Positions 37,267-46,294 of a stretch of 64,000 nucleotides of DNA are shown here, piece after piece (position 1 is the first letter of the stretch; the number at the start of each line of letters is the position of its first letter). Below the pieces are notes generated by a model. That model was not told the origin of the DNA and searched no databases. It saw only the letters and a list, made by a program, of their open reading frames with translations. A program made the position numbers and the translations under genes. The DNA lies in contig OZ252098.1 in assembly GCA_965248355.1 (NCBI GenBank), positions 3,008,001 to 3,072,000 of the forward strand, read 5' to 3'. Source of the DNA: Candidatus Latescibacterota bacterium (GTDB lineage Bacteria > Latescibacterota > UBA2968 > UBA8231).

Positions 37267-38437
37267 GTGTCCCGTCCGAGAATTAAGAAGAATCAACAAG
37301 GGCTGTCCGATGTCGCCGCCACCGTCTCCCGAGCGCGCTGGATCTTGCGCAGGATGGTCTCGCCGTCGGCCTTCCAGCGGTAGGGTTTGGGGGCCAAGTT
37401 CCGCTGCGCCAAGTAGGCTTCGATGTCGCGCACCAACTCCCCGACGCTGGCAAAGCTGCCGTCCCGAATCACATCCTGCGTCAGCTCGCCGAAGAACCGT
37501 TCGACCAAGTTCATCCAGGAGGAACTGGTGGGGGTGAAATGGACATGGAAGCGCCGATGCCGAGACAACCAATGCTGCACGCTCTCCTCCTTGTGGGGGC
37601 CGGCGTTGTCCACGATCAGGTGCAGCGACAGGTTCTTGGGCGTCTCGCGGTCGATCTGCTTGAGAAAGCGGAGCCATTCGACGTGGGTATGACGCGCCTC
37701 CAGACGCGCGATGAGCTTGCCGTCGAGGTAGTTGAGCGCGGCGAACAAGGTGATCGTACCGTGGCGCTTGTAATCGTGGGTCCGGGTGCGGATGTCGCCG
37801 ATCCCCAGCGGCAAGCCCGGCTGGGTCCGTTCCAGCGCCTGGCACTGGCTCTTCTCGTCACAGCACAGCACCAGCGCGCGCTCGGGGGGATCCAGGTAGA
37901 GCCCGATCACGTCCCAGAATTTTTCCTCGAAGTGCGGGTCCGTGGAGACCTTGAAGGTCTTGGTCAAATGGGGCTTGATGTCGTTGGCCTTCCAGATCCG
38001 GTGCACGCTGTCCGGCGACATCCCCGCCGCCTGGGCCATCGAGCGCACGCTCCAGCGCGTGCGCGGCTTCGGCGGCTGCGTGACCGCGGTGAGGACCTGC
38101 TCGACCTTGTCCGCCGGCAAGCTCGCCGGCCGGCCCCGGCCCTTGGCGTCGTTCAGTCCCGCCAAACCCTCGCGATCAAAGCGTTGCGACCACTTGTTCA
38201 CACACGCCACACTGGCGCCCAACTCGGCGGCCACCTGCACCTGCTTGATCCCTTCGGCCCGGCGCAGGACGATGGCCGCGCGCAGGCTGTCGCGCTGGGA
38301 CGCGGAGGGGGCCCTGACGCGACGCTCCAACTCCTGTCGCTCGGACGCGGTCAACTCAAGGCGGGACACCGGGCGGGCCATGGCCTGAAGATAAGGCCTT
38401 GACTCTGTTTTTACAACTCATTTGTCGGACGCGACAC
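37267..38437 (-). mobile_element. IS630-family insertion sequence, 1171 bp
   Basis: Imperfect terminal IRs (gtgtcccgtccgagaatt / gtgtcgcgtccgacaaat) and TA duplication at 37265-37266 and 38438-38439 within a CTAG target. Confidence 0.92.
37293..38381 (-). CDS. IS630-family transposase
   Basis: HTH N-terminus, CCDEKSQ, DYKRHGT, IVDN, TPTSSSWMNLVERFF. Confidence 0.95.
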   Translation of the reverse strand: MARPVSRLELTASERQELERRVRAPSASQRDSLRAAIVLRRAEGIKQVQVAAELGASVACVNKWSQRFDREGLAGLNDAKGRGRPASLPADKVEQVLTAVTQPPKPRTRWSVRSMAQAAGMSPDSVHRIWKANDIKPHLTKTFKVSTDPHFEEKFWDVIGLYLDPPERALVLCCDEKSQCQALERTQPGLPLGIGDIRTRTHDYKRHGTITLFAALNYLDGKLIARLEARHTHVEWLRFLKQIDRETPKNLSLHLIVDNAGPHKEESVQHWLSRHRRFHVHFTPTSSSWMNLVERFFGELTQDVIRDGSFASVGELVRDIEAYLAQRNLAPKPYRWKADGETILRKIQRARETVAATSDSPC

Positions 38438-39720
38438 TAGGTCATCGGGGTCAATTTGGAGGCCACCCGAACGCCAACTTACCTGCATGGCTAGGAAGGT
38501 CTCTAGCGATCTAGGCTGGTCTCCTCCCGAAGAGACGTGGTTAGTAGTGTCATATGGATGGCCGCCTTCTACCCATAGCGCGAAATCCAGGAGATCGACC
38601 CTAAAGGGAACACGGGTCGGTGAGTCAGTATGGTGCTTGGGAAGGGCCTCCAATTCAGTTTGGTGCTTGAGCAGGCGCAGTCTATTCACTTGGCAGAGGA
38701 ACTGTGTTACTGTGGACTTCCCTTGACCGGGGGCGCCCTCAAGTACAAGCCTGGATACTCCCGGGAAAAAAGGCACTTGGAGTAGAAACGCGGCGGCAAG
38801 CCCGGAGTGGTCGAATGGATCGTCCGGCACAAATGCGTAGTCCCCATAGTTTTCAAAGTCACCTAACTGATCCAGATAAGCGTGAAAGCCAGTGTTCTCG
38901 TACCCATCAAAGGGTCCTTGATCCGGTGGATGCCCTTGTGGGGGTGACTCGACACGGTGCGAGGTCTGCTTGTGCGCGAGAGACAAATCAACGAAGAGGT
39001 CCGTCAGATTTCGGTGCAAGTCGACTTGTTTGAATTTCACTTCTCTATCATCAGCATGTTGTTGCGCCACATAGCTGCGTAGGGCAGGCGTTGCGGCGGG
39101 CTCCTCCTTTTGTCCATTCTCTCTGAGCAAGATGGGCAGGAGATCGGAGGCCTTCAAGATCTGGGAAAACGCCCACTTTATGTCCTCGGACGTATCCAAT
39201 CGTCGATCCAGGTCGTCTCGCCACCAAACCTGGGAGGGGATCTCGAAGGTATCTTTGAGTAGCGCTTCGGCGGTGTCAATTGACCCCGTATCAAGATGGG
39301 CAGTGCCGGACACATTTGTAAGCAGATAGTAGCGGGTGGCTCCACGTTTGATGAGTTGGTGGACCTTGCTCTGTTCCGTCTGTATGGCTTGTTCAACAAC
39401 TTGCCTGGCCGATTTCGTTGAGGGTTCTTCGGTGTACTTCACCTGGAAAACGACGAAGCCGTCCTGAGGTTTGAATTGAGGGAGATAGGCGTCTCTGCCG
39501 CCATCGGGCTGTCGAACGGGTAAGCACTGGGTATCCGGGTGCTTGGCTACAAGCAGGGCTTGGCAGAGCTTCTGGAAACCGTGCTCGTCTAGGGCTTCGT
39601 AGTGGTAGTCCATAGGCGTGAGTCCTTAGTAGTTTGAGTTGGCTTAGGGTGCTGTGGGGTATAGAGGGGAAGCAAGGGGTTGCGTGGAAAGGAGATTCGT
39701 TTTGTTTGTTGGGAGAGAGG

Positions 39721-40542
39721 TCAGGGGTCAACGTCCGCAGGGGAGACCAACTCCGGATACTCCTCCCCCCGCAGCACCTCCCCCACGCCCACCGTCTCCA
39801 CGTTCCCCATCCGCTCGTTCCAGTTGTCCCCCAGGCGCCGGGTGTGCCCGGGCATGAGGTGCATGATGTAGCTGCGGCGCGGGTTGCCGGTGCTGTTGCC
39901 GTAGGAGCCGTGGAAGGTGCGGCAGTGGTGGAAGTGGCAGTGCCCGGCCGGGACCTCGCAGGGCACGGGGGTCAGGTCGGCGCCGGCGGGGATGCCCTCC
40001 TGGCGCAGCAGCCAGTGGGGGTCGTCGACAGCGGCGTCCTCGCGGGCATAGCGCATGGGCCACAGGTGGCTGCCGGGGATGACGTGCATGCAGCCGTTGT
40101 CCACGGTGGCGTCGTCGAGGGCGATCCAGCAGGTGCCCAGGTCGGCGGGCCCCACGTGGTCCCAGAAGGTGTAGTCCTGGTGCCAGGCCAAGGCCGTCTC
40201 CTCGTCGTGGGGAGGCTTGTAGATCATCTGGTCCTCCCACATGCGCACGGGTCCGGGCATGAGCTGGTGGGCCAGGGCGCTGATGGCGGCGTTGCCGATG
40301 AGGGCGGCGAAGAGGGGGTCGCGGCGGAAGATGTTGACCACCTTCACCGAGGGGAGCTGGCCCTTGGCCCGGGACTGCTCCACCGTCTCACCCATCAGGT
40401 GTTTGGGGAAGGGGATGCGGCCGCGGAGGATGTCCTCGATGCGCTCCTTCAGCTGGTCGATCTGCTCGTCGGAGAGGACGCGCGGGCCGGCCACGTAACC
40501 GCGGGTCTTGTAGTGCTCGATCTGGGCGTCGGTGAAGGGCAT
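39721..40542 (-). CDS. Phytanoyl-CoA dioxygenase (PhyH) family protein
   Basis: WHQD, WIALDDATVDNGCMHVIPGSH, TFHGS. ATG at 40542. Confidence 0.9.
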   Translation of the reverse strand: MPFTDAQIEHYKTRGYVAGPRVLSDEQIDQLKERIEDILRGRIPFPKHLMGETVEQSRAKGQLPSVKVVNIFRRDPLFAALIGNAAISALAHQLMPGPVRMWEDQMIYKPPHDEETALAWHQDYTFWDHVGPADLGTCWIALDDATVDNGCMHVIPGSHLWPMRYAREDAAVDDPHWLLRQEGIPAGADLTPVPCEVPAGHCHFHHCRTFHGSYGNSTGNPRRSYIMHLMPGHTRRLGDNWNERMGNVETVGVGEVLRGEEYPELVSPADVDP

Positions 40543-40547
40543 GAAGA

Positions 40548-41123
40548 TCAGCTCACCAGGTTCGTAGTCAGCCGTGTCCAGAAGTAGTCGAACGACGCCG
40601 AATGCTGTCTTGCCACCTCGGGGTCGAATTGGGGGCCCATCATCCTCGAAAAACCGATCTTCCTGGGGGAAGAGTTCGGTCCGAACTGCTTCGTCCACAG
40701 GTCCGACAGCTTCTGTTTGGGATTCACTCGGGCCGTTTCTCGAGGTGCGATGTAGTTGGCTCTGGGCATCAGCTCATTGATCGAGAAGGGATCCGCGAGA
40801 AACCAGGATTCGAGCCCGCGAATGGCTACGCAAACAAACAGGTAGCGCTCATTGACCGGACTCCGTGCTTCCCCGCGGATTGCTTCTTCGAATCGTTCGA
40901 GGACGGCTCCGGGACAAGGGTCTCTCTCGCGGTCCACCAGGATGAATCCTGCTGAGTAGCCGAGGCTGCGAAAAGACTGCAACAGCTGTGGTGTCTCACG
41001 TACCAGGGTCTCCTTGGTCCTCATGTTTCGGACATCGAACTGGATGCCGTCGAAGTGCTTGTGCAGGACCTCATGCCAGAACAGCCGGTCGGAGGGTCCC
41101 TCGACCCCGACGCCGATCTTCAT
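40548..41123 (-). CDS. DUF4276-like / TOPRIM-like protein
   Basis: VEGPSD, LVDRE, LESWFLAD, SASF. ATG overlaps the ATPase stop. Confidence 0.7.
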   Translation of the reverse strand: MKIGVGVEGPSDRLFWHEVLHKHFDGIQFDVRNMRTKETLVRETPQLLQSFRSLGYSAGFILVDRERDPCPGAVLERFEEAIRGEARSPVNERYLFVCVAIRGLESWFLADPFSINELMPRANYIAPRETARVNPKQKLSDLWTKQFGPNSSPRKIGFSRMMGPQFDPEVARQHSASFDYFWTRLTTNLVS

Positions 41124-42337
41124 GGGACCGCCCCGACCGCACCCTGAGACCACAGTTCTCCAAGGCTGAAGTGCTTTCGGAACTCGTCGATGTCGGCCAC
41201 GCTCGATGCACTGCGGAGTTTCGTGAATCCGTCCTTCTTGTCACAGAGGATGACCTCTTGAGGTTCCAGGTGATCGAGCAGGGCGGGGGAGTGCGTGGTT
41301 ACGATGACCTGACTCCGCTCGGACGCGGACTTCAGAATCTCCACAAGGTATTCCGCCAGGTGAGGATGCACGCCGTTCTCCGGCTCCTCGATCGTGATGA
41401 GGGATGAGTCCTGCACGCTCCTGGTGGTGACGACGAGCAGAGCGAGCAACCGGACGGTACCGTCTGAGACGGAGGCAGGATTGATCGCGGCCTTGAGCTT
41501 GTCCTCTACGATCTGAAAGGCCAGCGTGTCTTCAATCGGCAGCTTTGTTGTCTTTATCTCCTTGAGTCCGGGTACGATCGCCCTCAATTCCCGAGATATA
41601 GAAGCGCGGTCTTCCGCACTCATTCTGTGTAGAATCGCGGCGAGCTTCTCCCCCGCTGGACCGAGGGTGGCGTCGGGTTCTTCTCGATATGGTTGTCTGG
41701 CAACACTTGGGATGAAGTTGTGAAATCTCCAGCCTCTGATCTCCTCCCTGAGGATAGTGGCCGGCAGCGAGAAGAACCCGACTCCTACGAGGGCGAGCCG
41801 AGTTGGTTCCTGCTCGGGGACGGGGATGGTCTGCTTTTTGCCATTTGGGCTCTTGGGATCGATGACGACAACCTTGTCACCAGATCTCTCTATGCCCACC
41901 GTATCCGTCGTCATGCCGTGCTGCACGAGTTTCGCCCTGAGTGTCTCTGCTTCAATGCTGGGAGTCCTGTCGTCACTTCTCAGGTCGAGAACCAGTTGGT
42001 ATTCGAAGGACCGGACGACGATCAGGTCATTCTCCTTCTCCGGTTCCTCTGCGAAGGAGATGTCGAACTTCTTTTCGAGTTTCAGCGACAACCGGACCGG
42101 TTTCAGCTCCCGCCGCTGTCGAAGGCGTTTGTTCCTTACTTCGGCATTGCCGCCCATCTCGCTCACGGCATAGGACACGTCATGGGTCACGGCGTTCTGC
42201 AGGAATCTCAGGGCGGAGAGCAGGTTGGTCTTTCCAGATGCGTTGGCTCCCACCACGAAGTTGAGTGGGCCCAACTCGACCGTTTCCTCCGGGGAGCCAA
42301 AGCTCTTGAAGCCTTCGATCTTGAGTTCAGTGATCAT
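41120..42337 (-). CDS. AAA_21-type (ABC-fold) ATPase
   Basis: GANASGKTN, SDGT signature, IEEPENGVHP, TTHSP. Confidence 0.88.
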   Translation of the reverse strand: MITELKIEGFKSFGSPEETVELGPLNFVVGANASGKTNLLSALRFLQNAVTHDVSYAVSEMGGNAEVRNKRLRQRRELKPVRLSLKLEKKFDISFAEEPEKENDLIVVRSFEYQLVLDLRSDDRTPSIEAETLRAKLVQHGMTTDTVGIERSGDKVVVIDPKSPNGKKQTIPVPEQEPTRLALVGVGFFSLPATILREEIRGWRFHNFIPSVARQPYREEPDATLGPAGEKLAAILHRMSAEDRASISRELRAIVPGLKEIKTTKLPIEDTLAFQIVEDKLKAAINPASVSDGTVRLLALLVVTTRSVQDSSLITIEEPENGVHPHLAEYLVEILKSASERSQVIVTTHSPALLDHLEPQEVILCDKKDGFTKLRSASSVADIDEFRKHFSLGELWSQGAVGAVP

Positions 42338-42358
42338 TGGTCTTGTCCTTCGACGGCA

Positions 42359-43819
42359 TCACAGAAAAGGCCAGCTCTTATCCGGCTCATACCCCGGCAG
42401 CACCGTATCGTGGCGCTGCCCCTCCACCAGCCGGTCCCCCTCCACACAGCCCTCCGGCCGCCCGCGCAGCACCTCCACCAGCCGCTCCCGCCACGGGGCC
42501 AGTCTCGCCTCGGCGCCTTCGTCGAGGGCGAGGTCGTGCAGCTCCCGGGGGTCGGCGTCCAGGTCGAAGAGGTGCTCGCGCCCGGTCTGGGAATACCACA
42601 CGTACTTGTGGCGCCCGTCCACCAGGAAGTGGTGGCCCTGGTCGTAGGCGTAGCAGCCGGAGTGCTCGCCGTGGAGCACCTCCCGCACCCCGCCGCCCTC
42701 GCCGCGCAGCACGGGCAACAGGCTCCGGCCCGTGCACGAGTCCGGCACCTCCACCCCCGCGGCGTCGAGCAGGGTGGGCATGACGTCCTGCAGGCCCACC
42801 GGGGCGGTGGGCTGCAGTCCGCCCTCCAGCTTCCAGCTGGCCGGCGGCCGCACGAGGAAGGGAACGCGCGCCGAGGCCTCGTAGGGCCAGGTCTTCCGGA
42901 ACAGGTGGTGGTCGCCCAGCATCTCCCCGTGGTCGGAAGTGAACAGCACCAGGGTGTCGCGCAGCACCCCGCCGGCGTGCTGGAAGAGGCGGCCGAGCTG
43001 GTCGTCGATGAAGTTGATCATCCCGTAGTAGGCGGCCCGGGCGCAGCGCATCTGGTCCTCGTCGAGATGGATGCGCGAGGCGTCGGTGCTCAGCCCTCGC
43101 CGGGGCCCGCCCAGGTCGTCGGCCCAGTCGCCCACGTCGGGGGGCGGCAGGTCGCGGTCGATGTAGCGGTCGTAGTAGAAGCGGGGCGGCGTCAGGGGCG
43201 GGTGGGGATCGATGAAGGAGAGGTTGAGGAAGAAGGGGCCGCTCGGGTCGCGGCGCTGGAGGAACTCCATGGCCCGGTCCACGACCCAGAAGGTGTGCAT
43301 CTGCTCCTCGGGCAGGTGATGGGGGCGGCCCACCCAGCCGTTGGACGACACGCCGTGGGCCATGCCCGGGTCGACCTCGCGGCGTCCGTGGATGTCGCGC
43401 AGCCACTGCACGTACTCGTTGTCCCCGCCGCGCGTGGAGTTGGCCAGCTGCATGTGGTCGAAGCCGTAGCGCCGGCGGTCCGGGTGCAGGTGCAGCTTGC
43501 CGATCATCTCGGTCTGGTAGCCGGCCCGCGACAGCTCCCCGGCCAGGGTGGCCGGCGGGTTCCACTCGATCCCGCCGCGGAAGCCGACGGCGCCGTTGGC
43601 CGCCGGCGCCGTGCCCGACATGAGGCTGCGCCGCGCCGGGATGCAGCTCGGGCTCTCGGCGTAGGCGTGCAGGAAGTGGGCGCCGGAGCGGGCCAGGGAG
43701 TCGAGGTTCGGCGTCTGCAGCGGCGCCGGGGCGACGGGGTCGGCGGCCACGCAGTCGCCGCGCTGCTGGTCGGTCATCACGAGGAGGATGTTGGGGCGCT
43801 CGTTCACGGTTGGCGGCAT
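42359..43819 (-). CDS. Formylglycine-dependent sulfatase
   Basis: PNILLVMTDQ, CIPAR (CxPxR), GKLH, SDHGEMLG. Confidence 0.92.
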   Translation of the reverse strand: MPPTVNERPNILLVMTDQQRGDCVAADPVAPAPLQTPNLDSLARSGAHFLHAYAESPSCIPARRSLMSGTAPAANGAVGFRGGIEWNPPATLAGELSRAGYQTEMIGKLHLHPDRRRYGFDHMQLANSTRGGDNEYVQWLRDIHGRREVDPGMAHGVSSNGWVGRPHHLPEEQMHTFWVVDRAMEFLQRRDPSGPFFLNLSFIDPHPPLTPPRFYYDRYIDRDLPPPDVGDWADDLGGPRRGLSTDASRIHLDEDQMRCARAAYYGMINFIDDQLGRLFQHAGGVLRDTLVLFTSDHGEMLGDHHLFRKTWPYEASARVPFLVRPPASWKLEGGLQPTAPVGLQDVMPTLLDAAGVEVPDSCTGRSLLPVLRGEGGGVREVLHGEHSGCYAYDQGHHFLVDGRHKYVWYSQTGREHLFDLDADPRELHDLALDEGAEARLAPWRERLVEVLRGRPEGCVEGDRLVEGQRHDTVLPGYEPDKSWPFL

Positions 43820-43880
43820 CCTTGCGAAGGGGGAGCGGAACGTTGCACAGGATAGGACGGCGCCAGGGCGGGCGCCAAGG

Positions 43881-44753
43881 TCAGCCGGCGGCCACCCAGT
43901 GCCGGTAGAGGGGCTTCACCGCCTCGGGCAGTGCGGCCCAGACCTCGGGCCGGATCTCGGGCGAGGCGTAGTTCTTGCCGTTCGTCTCCACCACCATGGC
44001 CGTGTGCTCCGCTGACCCTTCCCGCGCCGGCTCGAGGTTGAGCCACCACGGGCCGTAGCGCACGACCAGGGCCACGCGGTCCTCGTCGGAGCGGTTCGGC
44101 GGCACGGCGTGCCACAGTCGGCTGTCGTAAGCGAGCACGCTGCCGGCGGTCCCGACGGCGTGGGTCTCGGTGGGGTACGGGGCGTCGGGGTCGACGCCGG
44201 TCAGGGTCCCCGCCGTGGGGTTGGTTCCGAAGCGGTGGCTGCCGGGCACCAGCAGCGTGCCCCCGTTCTCCGCGGTGAAGTCGGTGAGCATCCAGATCGT
44301 CGACAGGTGCAGCAGGGCGTCGGGGTAGGGCGCCGGGATGTGGCTGGCGTTCGTCTGGTTGTAGGGCCAGTCGGCGTGCCAGTAGCCGCGGCCGCAGCCC
44401 GGGCGGTTGATGACGCAGTCGGTGGTGGTGATGCGGAAGTGGCCGCCGAAGAAGGCCCGGCAGATTTCGAAGAGCCGCTCGTCGGTCAGGTAGGGGGCGA
44501 AGAGCTGGGTCTCGTTGATGACCCCCCGCAGGCTGTCGACGCCGGTGACGCTGACGCGGTGACCCTTGGCGCGGATGGAGGCGAGCATGGCCTCCGACTC
44601 GGCGCGGCGGCGTTCCTGGGCCTCGACCACGGCGTCGCGGATGGCGGCGACCTCGCCGGCGGGGATGATGCCGGGCAGGAGGGTGAAGCCGTCGTGGCGG
44701 ACGCGGCGCTCGGCCTCGGCGGGGGAGGGGGAGTCGGGAGGCGGCCCGATCAC
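43881..44753 (-). CDS. Phytanoyl-CoA dioxygenase (PhyH) family protein
   Basis: WHAD, ENGGTLLVPGSH, RLWH. GTG at 44753 overlaps the hemL stop. Confidence 0.85.
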   Translation of the reverse strand: MIGPPPDSPSPAEAERRVRHDGFTLLPGIIPAGEVAAIRDAVVEAQERRRAESEAMLASIRAKGHRVSVTGVDSLRGVINETQLFAPYLTDERLFEICRAFFGGHFRITTTDCVINRPGCGRGYWHADWPYNQTNASHIPAPYPDALLHLSTIWMLTDFTAENGGTLLVPGSHRFGTNPTAGTLTGVDPDAPYPTETHAVGTAGSVLAYDSRLWHAVPPNRSDEDRVALVVRYGPWWLNLEPAREGSAEHTAMVVETNGKNYASPEIRPEVWAALPEAVKPLYRHWVAAG

Positions 44754-46057
44754 GGCGAGTCTTTCGCGATGCGGCCGAGGACCCGGGCCGCGGCCTCGAC
44801 GGTGCGGTCCACCATCTCCTCGGTGTGCCGCGTCGACAGGAAGCCGGCCTCGAAGGCGGAGGGGGCCAGGTAGATGCCCTCCTCGAGCATGCCCCGGAAG
44901 TAGCGCTGGAAGAGGCCGGTGTCGGTCTGGCGCGCGTCGGCGTAGTTGCGCACCGGCCCGGGGTGGAAGAACAGGCCCACCATGGAGCCGCAGTGGGCGA
45001 CGGTGGCCGGCACGCCGGCATCGGCCGTAGCCTCGCGCATGCCTTCGACCCAGCGCCGGCCGAGGGCCTCGAGGCGGTCGTAGGGGTCGGTGTCGCGCAG
45101 GTGGCGCAGGGTGGCCAGTCCCGCGGTCATGGCCAGGGGGTTGCCCGACAGGGTGCCGGCCTGGTACACGGGACCGGCCGGGGCCAGTTGCGACATCAGC
45201 TCCGCGCGGCCGCCGAAGGCGCCCACGGGCAGGCCGCCGCCGATGACCTTCGAGTACGTGCTCAGGTCGGGGGTGATGCCGAAGCGCGCCTGGGCGCCGC
45301 CGAGGGCGACGCGGAAGCCGGTCATGACCTCGTCGAAGATCAGCAGGATGCCGTGCTCCGTGCACAGGTCGCGCACGCCCTGGAGAAAGCCCTCCTCCGG
45401 CGGCACGAGGCCCATGTTGCCGGGCACCGGCTCGAGGATGACGGCCGCCACCCGGCCGGGGCCGATGCCGTCGACGGTGCGGCGCAGCAGGTCGAGGTCG
45501 TTGAACTCGATGCTCGCCGTGCAGCGGGCCACGTCGCCGGGCACGCCGGGGGAGCCGGAGATGCCGAAGGTGGCCACGCCGGAGCCGGCCTCCACCAGCA
45601 GGCCGTCGGAGTGGCCGTGGTAGCAGCCGTTGAACTTGATCGCGTGGTCGCGGCCGGTGACGCCCCGGGCCAGGCGCAGGGCCGTCATGCAGGCCTCGGT
45701 GCCGGAGTTCACCATGCGCACCATCTCCACCGAGGGCACGATCCCGCAGATCAGCTCGGCCATCTCCACCTCGATGTCGGTGGGCGCGCCGAAGCTGGTG
45801 CCGCGCTCGAGGACCTCGGCCAGGGCCTCGATCACCACGGGCGGCCGGTGGCCGAGGATCAGGGGCCCCCAGGAGCCGACGTAGTCGATGTAGATGTTGC
45901 CGTCGGCGTCGACGATTTCGGCGCCGTCGGCGTCGCGGATGAAGAGGGGCTCGCCGCCCACGGCCTGGAAGGCGCGCACGGGGCTGTTGACGCCGCCGGG
46001 AATCACCCGGGCGGCGCGGTCGTAGAGGGCGGCGGAATGGGTCCGGGAACGGGGCAT
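44750..46057 (-). CDS. hemL: Glutamate-1-semialdehyde 2,1-aminomutase
   Basis: IPGGVNSPVRAF, DYVGSWGP, FDEVMTGFR, KVIGGGLPVG, YQAGTLSGNP. Confidence 0.96.
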   Translation of the reverse strand: MPRSRTHSAALYDRAARVIPGGVNSPVRAFQAVGGEPLFIRDADGAEIVDADGNIYIDYVGSWGPLILGHRPPVVIEALAEVLERGTSFGAPTDIEVEMAELICGIVPSVEMVRMVNSGTEACMTALRLARGVTGRDHAIKFNGCYHGHSDGLLVEAGSGVATFGISGSPGVPGDVARCTASIEFNDLDLLRRTVDGIGPGRVAAVILEPVPGNMGLVPPEEGFLQGVRDLCTEHGILLIFDEVMTGFRVALGGAQARFGITPDLSTYSKVIGGGLPVGAFGGRAELMSQLAPAGPVYQAGTLSGNPLAMTAGLATLRHLRDTDPYDRLEALGRRWVEGMREATADAGVPATVAHCGSMVGLFFHPGPVRNYADARQTDTGLFQRYFRGMLEEGIYLAPSAFEAGFLSTRHTEEMVDRTVEAAARVLGRIAKDSP

Positions 46058-46294
46058 GAAAGGAGGTCCTTCGGTTGGCCGGATCGGCGTGGAAACCTTG
46101 AAGCTACGGAGCGCCGCGGCCCCCGGACAGAGGCGCACGCGGCTCCGTGACAGCAGGCCGGACCATCGTTACATTCCGGCGGCGATCTTGCAGCAGCCGG
46201 CGTCTCCGAGCCAACCCGGAGGGTCTCCGCCGGCCGCGCCCGGGCTCTCCCGGGGCTTTCCTTCTCAGGCGCTCTCGACCACACCCATTCGCCG

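Larger units (their letters stand above)
34651..39613 (-). pseudogene. Restriction-endonuclease-like + NACHT NTPase (NLR/Avs-like), disrupted by IS630 and a frameshift
   Basis: N-terminal FQKLCQALL...DGGRD...FQVKY and GAPGQGKST. After removing the IS the frame continues LASLLRRSHTVIVLDGLDEVA. The downstream part has IVTSRP, LARNPMQL and FEFEVQPLREFFAA. Confidence 0.8.
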
